From: the human T2T-CHM13v2.0 reference genome, Homo sapiens
NCBI RefSeq assembly: GCF_009914755.1
Contig: NC_060937.1
Strand: one strand, 5' to 3'
Length of the DNA stretch: 64,000 bases
Positions 10,801-22,424 of the stretch are shown piece by piece. The position numbers and the translations under genes were made by a program. How positions within the stretch are numbered: position 1 is the first letter of the stretch; each line of letters begins with the position of its first letter. The notes below the pieces were generated by a model. The model searched no databases. It saw only the letters and a program-made list of their open reading frames with translations, and had not been told where the DNA came from.

Positions 10801-13800
10801 CAATGGGGGGAAAAAGCCTTGGAGGCATTTCAGAGATAGTTGCAGCAGCCCTTGGTGTCACAGACCCTGGGGCCTAGGAGAGAAGAATGGTTTCTGGGGC
10901 CAGCCCCATGGCCCTGCTGCTGTGTGCAGCCTCAGGACACTGCTGTCTGCATCCCAGCAGCCGCAGCTCCTGCTCCGACCTTGGCTGAAAGATGCACAGG
11001 TACAGATTGCATCACTGCTTCAGAGGGTACAAGCTATAAGGCTTCACGGCTTCCACATAGTCTTAAGCCATCGAGTCCATAGAGCACTAGCCCAGAGGCT
11101 TCAGAGCCTTCATATAGATTTTGGAAGATGTATGAAAATGCCTGGGTGTCCAGACAGAAGGCTGCCAAAAAAGCAGAGCCTCCTGGGAAACCTCTACTAG
11201 GGCAGTGCAGAAGGAAAATAGGGGGTTGGAACCCCCACACTGGAGGCCACCATATGCAGACCCCAGATTCATAGACCCACCAAGAGCTTTGTACACTCTG
11301 TGGGTAAAAACTACAGGCACTCAACACCAGCACAGCCCATGAGGGCAGCTGTGGGGACTGAAAACTGCAAAGCCACAGGTGCAGACCAGCCCCAGGCCTT
11401 GGGAGTCCAGCCCTCATGCCCTTGTGCCCTGGATGTGGGACAAGGATTAAAAAAGGATGACTTTGGAGCTGTAAGTTTGAGTAACTGGCCTGCTGGGTTT
11501 TGGATTTTCCTGGGACCTGTAAGTCCCGTTTGTGTTTCGTTGTTCTCTCTGGCAAAAATCTTCCTTTAGGGTGGGAATTCTTACTCAATGCCTGGACAAT
11601 CATACCTTGGAAATAGTTAACTTGCTTTGTATTTCAGAGGCTCAGGAACAGAAGGGACTGCATCTTTGTCTCAGATGAGACTTTGGGCTTCAGACATTGA
11701 AGTAAATGCTGGAATGAGTTAAGACCTTGGAGGTCTTAGCCAAGATGATGGGGAAAAGTCATTGAAGGCATTTCATAGCTTCACTTCACAGTACTAATTT
11801 TCTGTATGATCGTAACAAAAAGGGGTTTAATCGGCTGATGGTTCTGCAGGCTGTAAAAAAAAAAGCATAGTGGCTTGGGGAATTGTAAGTAAGGCATCAC
11901 TGTATTTTGCAAAATGAGAAGGACATGAGATTTGGGGAGGCAGGGACAGAATAATAAGATTCGGCTGTGTGTCGCTATGGAAACTCATGTGGAATTGTAA
12001 TGAGAAGTGTTAAAATTGGGGCCAGGTGGAAGGTGATTTAATCATGGAGGGCACTGGGTGTTGGAAGGTGGAGATTGGGGAGGATGGGTGGATTATGCTG
12101 GGGGTGAGGGGTGAAAAGTGGGGGTGGGGGGATGATCTCTCAGAAATAGTTAAACACCATCTCCTTAATCCTTTCCTCATGATGGTGAGTTCTCGTGATG
12201 GTTTTGGAGCTGTGAGATTGAATGGATACTGACCTCCTGGGTTTTGGACTTGCATTGGCCCTGTGATCCCATTTGTGTTATTTTCCTGGCAAACCTTTAC
12301 CCTTTGGATTGAGAAAACTTACCCAATGCCTGTACCATCATTGTACCTTGAAAGAAAAGAACTCCCTTTTAAATTCAGGGACTTGTATGCAAAAGGGACT
12401 GTAGCCTTTTCTCAGGTGAGACGTGGAACTTTTTACATTCGAGTTAATGCTGAAATGACTTAAGACTTTTGGCAACTTTTGAAAAGGCATGATTGTATTT
12501 TACTCTGTGAGAAGGATATGATATTTGGGGGATCAGGGTCAAAATAATATGGTTTAGCTGTGTGTCCCTACCTAAACTCACATGTAATTGTAATCCAGAA
12601 TGTTGCAGGTGGGGACTGGTGAGAGGTGATTTATTCATGGATGGGAGAGGGGTGGGGTTGGAAGTAAAAACAGGTGGGTAAGGTGGGGAGGAGTAGGCTG
12701 GCTGTAGGGTGGTGTGTAGCAGGAAGGGAGTAGCCTGCCACAGAGGCAGAGGCTCATGGAAAACCTCTACTAAGGCAGTGCACCTGTGGTTTTGCACCTG
12801 TGGCTTTGCAGGGTTTAGCACCTGCTGCTGCTCTCATGGGCTGGGCTGGTGTTGAGTACCTGAAGCTTTTCCATACTGGGGGTGTGAGCTGTTGGTGGGT
12901 CCATGACTCTTGGGTCTGGAGGATGGTGGCGTGGGGGCTCCAAGCCCATATTTTCCTTCTGTACTGCCCTAGTAGAGGTTTTTCAAGGGGATCTGTCTCT
13001 GCCTCAGGCTTCTGCTTGGAATCAGTGGGTGGTGGATATGGGGAGGTGGGCGGATCCTTCACCAACAGTTAAGCACAATCTTCTTGATGCTGATCTCCTG
13101 ATAGTGAGCTCTCATGAGATATAGTTGTATAACAGGATGTCTCACCTCTTTCCTCTCTCTGTCTTGCTTCTACTCCTGCCATATGAAATATTTCATTGCC
13201 GCTTGGCCTTCTGGTATAATTGGGAGGCTTTCTGAGTCCTCCTACAAGCAGAAACCACTATGCTTTCTTTACAGCCTGAAGAACTGTGAGTCAATTAGAC
13301 CTCTTTTCCTTATGTAGATACAGAAAATTAATGCTGTGAAGTGAAGTTATGAAATGACTTCTAGGCGTTTCCCCCATTCTCTTGGCTATTAGCGCTGAGC
13401 TTTTTTCAATGCAAATATTGGAAGCCATCTTGATGTTTCCCCTGATAATAGACTTTTCTTCTTTTACCATATCGCCAGGCTGCAACAAAGATAGATGACA
13501 GTGTAGAAGCAGGTTCCAAATTGGGTAATGGCCAGAGGTTAGAGAGTTTGGAGAGCTTGGAAGAAGATAACAAGATGAGGGAAAGTTTGGACCATTGCAG
13601 AGACTTGTTAAATAGTTATGATTAAAAGGCTGACAGAAGGATGGACACTGAAGGCCAGGCTTGTAAGGTCTCAGATGAAAATGAGAAACTTACTGGGAAA
13701 AGGAGCCAAGGGTTTTTTCTTTTGCCTTAGCAAAGTAATTGGCTACACAGTGACCATTCCCTGGAGATCTGTGAAACTGAACTTTAGGGTGATGATTCAG

Positions 13801-16800
13801 GGTGTATCTGGTGGAATGAACTTCTAAGCAGCAAAGCTGAAGAGTTGTCCGGCCTACGTCGAACAGCCTGTGCTCCTATGTGTGATGAAAGAAATTACCA
13901 TAAGTTGGAACTTATATTTAAATGAGAAGCAGAGCTTCAACATTTGGAAAATTTGTAATCTGGACAAATGGTCAAAAAGAAAAGCTGATTTTCAGGGGGA
14001 AAATCAAGAAGCCTTCGGATATTTGCATAAAAAGGAGCCCCGTGCTAATAATTCAAGACAATGGGAAAAAGGCCTTGAAGGCGTTTCAGAGACCTTTGTA
14101 GCAGCCCTTGCTGTCACTGGCCCTGGGGTTTAGGAGAAAAGAATAGTTTCCTGGCCCAGCCCCATGGCTCCACTGCTGTGTGCAGCCTCAGGACACTGCT
14201 GCCTGCATCCCTGCAGCTCCTTTTCCAGCTCCAGCCATGGATGAAAGATGCACAGGTACAGCTTGCGTCACTGCTTCAGAGGATGCAAGCTCCAAGCCTT
14301 GGTGGCTTCCACATAGTGTTAAGCCAGCAGGTGCATAAAGCACAGGACTAGAAGCTTCAGAGCCTTGGTCTGGACTCCAGAGGATATATCAGAAATCCTG
14401 AGTGTCTAACCAGAAGCTTTTCCAAGAGGCAGAGCCTCATGGTAAACCTCTACTCGGGCAGTACAAAAGGAAAGTATAGGGTTGGAGTCCCCATACAGGG
14501 AGGCACCATTTTCCAGACCCCAGTATCATAGACCCACCAGCTGCTTGCACCCTTAGTGTTGAAAAGCTACAGGCACTCAACACCAGCCTAGCCAATGAGG
14601 GCAGCTGTAGGGGGAAGATTCTGCAATGCCACATGTGCAGAGCTGCCCAAGGCCTTGGGATCCCAGCCATCACAATACCCTGTGCTCTGGATGTGGACAT
14701 AGATTCCAAAAAGATGATTTGGAGCTGTATGATGGAATGCCTGGCCTGCTGGGTTTTTGACTTGCAGGGGGTTTGTAAGTCCCATCTGTGTTTTGTGCTT
14801 CTTTCTGGGAAATTTCTACTTTTTGGCTTGGAATGCTTACCCAATGCCTGTACAATCATTGTAACTTGGAAGTGGTTAACTTGCTTTGTATTTCAGAGGC
14901 TCAGGGCAGAAAATATGGCAGCCTTGTCTCAGAGGAGACTTTGGCCTTTGGACATTTGAGTAAATGCTGGGATGAGTTAAGATTTGGGGGACTCTAAGGA
15001 AGGCCTCATTGCATTTTGCAATGTGAGAAAGACATGAATTTTGGGGGACCAGGGACTGAATAATATGTTTTGGCTCTGTGTCTCTACCAAAACTCATGTA
15101 GAATTTTAATGGGAAATGTTAAAGGTGGGGGCTGGTGGAAGGTGAGTTAATCATGGTGAAGAGTGGAGGTTAGATGGTTGGGGGGTGGGGAGGGTTGGGG
15201 GGATTAAGGGGTGGGGAGGGTTGGGGGCGATTGTGGTGGGGTTGGGGGTGAAAGGCAGGGGTAGGGGGTAGATCCTTCACAAATGGACATTTGAGTAAAT
15301 GCTGGAATGAGTTCAGACATTGGGGGACTGTAGAGAATGCATCATTGTATTTTGCAGTATGAGAAGGATGTGAGATTGGGGGGCCAAAGGGAGAATAATA
15401 CGATTTGGCTCTGTGTCCCTACCAAAACTCATGTGGAATTATAATGGGGAATGTTAAGTGTGGGGCTTCGTAGAAGGTGATTTAATCATGGTAGAGAATG
15501 GGGGTTGGAAGGGGGATGTGGGAGAATGGAGGTTCATGGTGTGGGTGAGGGTGAAACATGGGGATGGGTGGCAGATCCTTCACAAATGGTTAAATACTAT
15601 CTCCTTAATGCAGTCTGTGTGATAGTGAGTTCTCGTGATAAATGAATGCTGTCCTGCTGGGTTTTGGAGTCGGATTGGGCCTGTGTCCCATTTGTGTTAT
15701 TTTTCTGGGAAAACCTTCCCTTTGGTTTAAGAAAGCCTACCCAATGCCTGTGCCATCATTGTAACTTGAAAGAAAAGAATTGTCTTTTACATTCAGGGAG
15801 TCATAGGCAGAAGGGATTGCAGCCTTGTCTTGGATGAGACTTGAACTTACTACATTTGAGTTACTGCTGGAATGAGTTAAGACTTTTTGAAACTTTTGAA
15901 AAGGCATGTTTGTATTTTTCTGTGTGAGAAGGACATGAGATGTGGGGGTGTCAGGGTCAGGATAATATGGTTTGGCTGTGTTTCCCTACAAAAACTCATG
16001 GGGAATTGTATTCCTGACAGTTATAGGTTGGGCCTGGTGGGAGGTGATTTAATCACAAACGGGAGGTTGGTAGCGGTGGAAGGGAAAACAAATGGGTAGG
16101 ATGGGGAGGAGTAGGCTGGCAGTAGGGTGGTGAGAGTTTCGTGGGCAGTAGTAAGGGGGAGTAGCCTGCTGCAGAGGCAAAGCCTCAAGGAAAACCTCCA
16201 CCAGGGCAGGGCACCTATGGCTTTGCAGGGTGTAGCCCCCATGGCTGCCCTCATAGGCTGGGCTGTTGCTTGAGTGCCTGTAGCTTTTCCATACTGAGAG
16301 TGCAAGCTGTTGGTGAGTCTATGAATCTGGGGTCTGAGGATGGTAACCTCCTGTGTGGGGCCTCCAAGCCCATATACTTTTTCTGTTCTGCCCTATTAGA
16401 GGTTTTGCTAGTGGCTCTGCCTCTTCCTCAGGCTTCTGCCTGGAAACAGTGAGGGGTGTGGGTGGTAGGGGGCAGAACTTTCACCAATGGTTAAGCAACA
16501 TCTTCTTGATACTGACCTTGTGATAGTGAGTTCTCAGGAAATCTGGTTGTATAACAGGGTTATACAACGTGTGGCACCTTTTTCCTCTCTGTTTTGTTTC
16601 TACTTCTGCCATATAAAACATCCCATTGCTGCTTGGTCTTCTGGTATGATTGGGAGGCTTCCTGAGTCCTCCCAGAAGCAGAAGCCTCTATGATTTATTT
16701 AAAGCTTGTAGAACCATGAGCCAGTTCAACCTCTTTTCTTTCTGATTATACAGAAAAATAATGCTATGAAGTGGAACTATGAAATGCCTTCAAGGCCTTT

Positions 16801-19520
16801 TTCCTATTCTCTTGGCAATCAGCACTCAGCTTCTTTTCAGGCAAATGTCTGAAGCCTGCATTAATTTTTCTCCTGAAATGGACTTTTCTTCTTTTACCAC
16901 ATTGCCAGGCTGTGACAAACGTAGCTGAAAATGTAGAAGCAGGTTGAGAAGTGTGTAATGGCCAGAGGTTGGAGAGTTTGGAGGTCTTGGAAGAAGACAG
17001 GAAGGTGAGGAAAAGTGTGGAACAGTGTAGAGACTTGTTAAATAGTTATAATTAAAAAGGTGACAGAAGGATGGACAGTGATCACCAGGCTTAGAATGTC
17101 TCACATGAAAATGAGGAGCTTGCTGGGAACAGGAGTCAAGGTCACTTTTGTTTTTTCCTTAGCAAAGAATGTTGCTGCATGATGCCCCTAACCTGGAGAC
17201 CTGTGAAATTTTGAACATCAGGGTGATAATTTAAAGTGTATTTGGTGGAATGAAATTTTAGGCAGCAAAGCTTAAGAGGTTTCCTGTCTGTGTTGAACAG
17301 CCTGTGGTCCTATATGTGACCAAAGAAATGACCTCAAGGTGAAACTTGTATTTAAATGAGAAGGAGAGCTTAAAAGTATGGATAATTTGAAGCCTGGTCA
17401 AGTGGCCAAAAAGAAAAGCTGATTATCAGTGGGAAAGTTAAAAAAGTCTTCAGAAATGTGCATAAAAAGGAGTTCAGTGCTAATAGCCAATACAATGTTA
17501 AAAAGGTCTTGAAGGCATTTCAGAGACTTTTGCAGCAGCCCTTGCTATCACAGGCCCTGAGGCCTGGGAGAAAAGAATGGTTTCCTTCTCCAGCCCCATG
17601 GCCCCGCTGCTATGTCCAACCTCAGGACACTGCTGGCTGCATTCCTGAAGCTCCAGCTCCAGCCTTGGCTGAAAGATGCACAGGTACACCTTGCATCACT
17701 GCTTCAGGGGTGCAAGCTTCAAGGCTTGGTGGCTTCCACATAGTGTTAAGCCAGCAGCTGCACACAGCACAAAACTAGACGCTTGCAAGCCTTTGTCTAG
17801 ACTCCAGAGTATGTACGGCAAAACCTGGGTGTTCACACAGAATCTTTTCCAAGAGGCAGAGCCTCATGGGAAACTTTTACTAGGGCAGTACAGAAGGAGA
17901 ATTTAGGGCTGGAGTCCCTAAATATGGAGGCACCATTCTCCAGACTCCAGATTCATAGACTCACCAACAGCTGGCACCCTTAGTATGGAAATGCTACAGG
18001 CACTGAACATCAGCCCAGCCCATGAGGGCAGCTGTGGGGTATAGACCCTGCACAGCCACAGGCGCAGAGCTGCCCAAGGCCTTGGAAGCCCAGGCATCAC
18101 ACACCTGTGCTCTAGATGTGAGATGTAGATTCAGAAAAGATGATTTGGAGCTGCAGGATTCAATGACTGGCCTGCTGGGTTTTTGACTTGCATGGGGTCT
18201 GTAAGTCCTTGTACATTTCAGTAAATGCTGGAATGAGTTAAGTCATTGGGGGACAGTAGAGAAGTCATCAGTGTATTTTGCAGTGTGACAAGGATACAAG
18301 ATTTGGGGAGCAAGAGCCAGAATAATATGATTTGATTCTGTGTCCCTACCAATGCTCATGTGGAATTGTAGTGGGGAATGTTAAAGGTGGGACCTGGTGG
18401 GAGGTGATTTAATCATGGAGAAGAGTGGGTGTTGGAGGTAGGGGTGTGGGGAGAATGGGAGAGATTATTTTGTGGGTGGGAGTGAAAGGTGAAGGTGGGG
18501 GGCAGATTCTTCACAAATGAGTAAACACTATCTCCTTAATGTTGTCCGCATGACAGTGAGTTCTCTTGATGATTTTGGAGCTGTGAGATTGAGTGAATAC
18601 TGTCCTGCTGGGTTTTGGACTTGCATTTGTGTTATTTTTCTGAGCAACTTCTTCCCTTTGGATTGAGAAACCTTACCCAATGCCTGTTCTACCTTGAAGG
18701 AAAAGAAATCCCTTTTAAATTCAGGGACTCATTGGCAGAAGGGACTGTAACCTTGTCTCAGATGAGATTTTGAAATTTTTACATTCGGAATGAGTTAAGA
18801 CTTTTGGAAACTTTTGAAAAGGCATGATTGTGTTTTGCTCTGTGAGAAGGACATGAGGTTCTGGGGAATCAGGGTCAGAATAATATGGGTTGGCTGTGTG
18901 TCCCTATAAAACTCACGTGTCATCCTTAATGTTGGAGGTGGGCCAGGTGGGAGGTGACTTAATCTTGGATGGGAGGGGGTTGGGGTGGAAGGAAAAGGAG
19001 GGATAGTGTGGGGAGGAGTAGGTTGTTAGTAGGGTGGTGGGAGGGTGGGAGCAACCTGCTGCAGAGGCAGAGGCTCATGGGAAACCTCTACTAGGAGAGT
19101 GCACCTGTGGCTTTGCAGGGTGTAGCCCTCATGGCTGCTCTCATGGGCTGGGTTGGTGTTGAGTGCCTGTAGCTTTTCCATACTCAGAGTGTGAGCTGTT
19201 GGTGGACTTATTAATCTGGAGTCTGGAGGATCATGGCCTCTTGTGTGGGGGCTCAAAGCCTATATTTTCCTTCTGCACTGCCATAGTGGAAGTTTCATAA
19301 GAGGTTCTGCCTCTGCAGGAGGCTTCTGCCTGGAAGCAGTGGCCAGTGGTGTGGTTGGAGAATCCTTCACCATTGGTTAGTCTTCTTGATGCTGATCTCC
19401 TGATAGTGAGTTCTCATGTGATCTGGTTGTCTAACAGGATGTCACACCTCTTTCCCCTCTCTGTCTTGCTCCTACTCCTGCCATATGAAACATCTCATTG
19501 CCTCTTGGTCTTCTGATATG
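4825..19520 (+). mobile_element. Tandemly amplified, rearranged MST/THE1-type MaLR LTR and internal sequence (about five ~2.9-3.4-kb composite units)
   Basis: Repeated MaLR LTR starts (atatggtttggctgtgtgtccc..aaactcatg at ~5640, 8620, 9270, 11950, 12545, 15060, 15395, 15962, 18321, 18880), LTR ends (cagaaccatgagccaattaaacctctttt) and MST-int motifs (gatgagactttggact..tgagttaatgctggaatgagttaagact). Confidence 0.85.
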
Positions 19521-19524
19521 GTTA

Positions 19525-20300
19525 GGAGGGGCCTGATCAGTGTGGGCCTGCTCAGGGGACCTAGTCAGTTGGGACTTGTCAGTGAGGCCTATTTAGTGGG
19601 GGGTGGTCAGCAGGGGTCTGCTTAGAGCGGGTCTCATTAGAGGGATCTAGTAGTGCATGTCTTGTTGAGTGGGTTGATAGTGGTAGACAAATGTTTGGTG
19701 TCTGGTCAGTGCCAACCTGGGCTGTGGGACTTGGTCAGTGGAGACCTTGGGACCTAGTCAGCAGAGACACTTGTCAGTGGGGCCCTGGTCAGGGCAGGCT
19801 GGTCCGTGGAACTTAATCAGTGGGGGCCTGGTCAGAGAGGACTTGATCATTGGTGGCTTTTGTAGCACTGGTCTACGGGGTGACCTGGTCAGCGGGGATC
19901 TGAGCAGTGCGTGCCTGTTCAGTGGGGCGTAGTCATTAGGGTCCCAGTCAGGGGCATCTTGTCACCTCAGTCCTGGTTAGCAGGGGCCTGGTCACTGGCT
20001 GCCTATTCCCTGCAGGCCTGGTCAGTGGGGCTTCGTCTGTGGGACCAGACAATGGGGTCATGATCGGTGGAACCTGATCAGTGAGGCCTTGTCAGTAAGG
20101 ACCTCGTCAGTGAGGCCTTGCCAGTGAGGCCTTGTCAGTAAGGTCCTCATCAGTGGAGTCCTGGTCATTGTGGGCCTGGCAGCGGGAATCTAGTTAGTGA
20201 GGCCTGGTGATGGGGCTCTAATCAGTGAGGGTGTGGTCAGGGAGGAAGTGATATGCTGGAACTGGTCACCAGGGACCTGGTCAGTGGGGGCTGCTGAGTA
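19525..20300. repeat. Degenerate CCTGGTCAGTGGGG tandem repeat, copy 2
   Basis: Same motif as 1030-1665; colinear with 34140-35010. Confidence 0.8.
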
Positions 20301-20499
20301 CTGCTGGGAGATGTCAGGGGAAATGCATGTTATCGAGGAACCTGTGGACAGCTGGGGTGGCCCAGTGATGTTCAATGGCCCAGTCAAAAGTGGACAAAGC
20401 AGGTGTTTGGATGGACCTGGGAGATCTTGCTCAGAGATTCTGACAGGACAAAGGTAAAGGAAGGGCCAGAGTGGTGGGACAGATAGTCACAGTCTATGG

Positions 20500-21467
20500 T
20501 CTGCACAGGATGGAGGAGGCCAGGGAACAGGCAGGGTGGGCAGCTTGGTTTCAGGGAGAGGCAGGTGCATGCTGGGAGGTCAGACCCTATGAGGGTTGTG
20601 GGGGCGTCAGGTGGTGTGGGCTCCAGGTGCACCCTCAGCGCACTGGGCAGGTCTTGGCCCAGGCTCCCTGGACCTTGGCCGGGTGATGTGGTCACTTGCT
20701 GGGAGACTGTTGTCAGGTGCTGGCCACCCACTCTGGGTAGCACTGTCCCATCTCAGGACTGGACTTCCTCAGATACTGCAGAGGGCACAGCCTCCAGCCC
20801 AGGAGGGGAAGCCCCTTGGTGCAGCCTGAGCTCTCCATGGGCCTGGAGCATCCCCTGCCAGCCCTGCACTCCCTCTTCTCCCTGGTCCCGCTTTTCCAGG
20901 GTCAGCCAGTGGGGAGGCCCCGTCCTCACTTCCCTATGTGTCTCCTGGGCTGAAACTTGCAGTGCATTGGGACAGGCATGAGGCTTCCCTAAGGCCCATT
21001 TAGGGAGAGGACTGGCTCCCAGCCTGGCACAGGTCCTCAGGTCTGCCTTGGTTGCCTTAGAATGAGATGTATCAGTCAGTGCCCTGAAGGTAAAGGTAGG
21101 AGACTGTCCCTGCTGTTGGGAGGCTGGTCTAGGGATGGAGGACTTCACAGGTCCTCCCAGTCTGTCAGGCCTGGGCAGCACTGTCCTGTTTTAGGACTCA
21201 GAAAGTCCAGTTCTGGGATGGGACGGCGCTGCCCAGGGAGGGTGGCCAGGGTCTGACAGCAGTCCCCCAGGGAGTGACCACATCACCCAGCCGGGGTCCA
21301 GGGAGCCTGGCCTGAGACCTGCCCTGTGCACTGAGGGTGCACCTGGAGCCCACTCCACCTGATGCCCCCACAGCCCTCACAGGTCCTGACCTCCCAGCAT
21401 GCACCTGCCTCTCCCTGAATTCCAGCTGTCCACCCTGCCTGTTCCCTCAGTTCCTCCATTCTGTCCA
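20500..21467. repeat. ~270-bp inverted repeat (arms ~20500-20772 and ~21197-21467)
   Basis: Arms are reverse complements; ORFs 20496(+) and 21198(-) share HAGRS.P.R.VGASGGVGSRCTLSA.GRS..RLPGP..GDVVT.W. Confidence 0.9.
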
Positions 21468-21651
21468 GCAGGATGGGATGGGCAGGGGGACAACCTGTGT
21501 GCACATTTCATGGCAAGCAGGAGTGACACACCATCCCTGAGAGGCGCCTTGGTTCCTCCAAAACCTGGCCCCAGAACTCTGTCCTTGGGGTGGTTTTACC
21601 AAACCCCAAACCCAGAACTGTGGTTGTGGCTCAGGGGTCAGCACCCGCTAG

Positions 21652-22052
21652 TTCTACAATGTTGCCAAGGACTTTGATTGTACAATGTTCTTCTTTTCAA
21701 TAGTCATTCCAAATATTGTGAGATGCACTGTTTCAGGAAGCCCCTTGCCCTCCTAAAAGCCACCCTACTTCTCTCTAAGGAGAATGGCCCAGTCCTCTCC
21801 CGAGTTCACACATTGTAGGCGATAGCATTGCTTTTGTGTAAATTATGTAATGCAAATTTTTTTAAATCTTTGCCTTAATACTTTTAAATTTTGTTTTATT
21901 TTGAATGACTAGCCTTCATGGCCCCACTTTTTTGTATCCCAACTTGGAATGTATGAAGGTTTTTGGTCTCCCTGAGAGTGGCTCGAGGCAGCCAGGGCTT
22001 ACCTGTACTCTGACTTGAGAAAAGTTGGATAAAAGTGTTCACCTTAAAAAAA
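21652..22052 (+). pseudogene. ACTBP: Processed beta-actin 3'UTR fragment with degenerate polyA signal and A-tail
   Basis: aatagtcattccaaatat, cctaaaagccacc..cttctctctaaggagaatggcccagtcctctccc and gcagccagggcttacctgtac..tgacttgaga match the recalled ACTB 3'UTR; ends gataaaagtgttcaccttaaaaaaaa. Confidence 0.9.
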
Positions 22053-22421
22053 ATTGAATGACGAAGCATTAACAAAAACAGTATTTCAGTACAGTGGACA
22101 GCTTAGCATTTTGACAATTGGGAATAAAATGCTCATTTCTGAACTGTACAATGTAAGACACAAAAACAAAACACTGGAAATGGAAATTCAATTATGTCAT
22201 TATAGACTGGCTACTGCTCTACATGACTGTGACCAACGTCAGATAGTTGAAAGAGATTTCTTTCCAGAGAACAAGACATGAACAGGTTTATTTACAGTAA
22301 ACAATGAATTCTCATATATCTAACCTAAAATATAGCAGATTCTTTCCGAACAAGTCTAATGTAGACAGTAAAATTAACAGGCTAAAAATTAAACTCCATC
22401 AAACAAGATGAACTCTGAGAG
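22051..22421 (+). pseudogene. ANKRD26/POTE/ANKRD20A-family coiled-coil exon remnant
   Basis: ORF 22054..22281 LNDEALTKTVFQYSGQLSILT..NKMLISEL..TLEMEIQLCHYRLATALHDCDQ resembles ANKRD26 [41 protein letters not shown]; continues frameshifted to SKINRLKIKLHQTR*TLRE. Confidence 0.85.
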
Positions 22422-22424
22422 AAT

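Noticed and set aside
10766-11603. 144-aa and 189-aa overlapping ORFs
   Set aside because: Lie in MaLR internal sequence and are not conserved as ORFs in sister units
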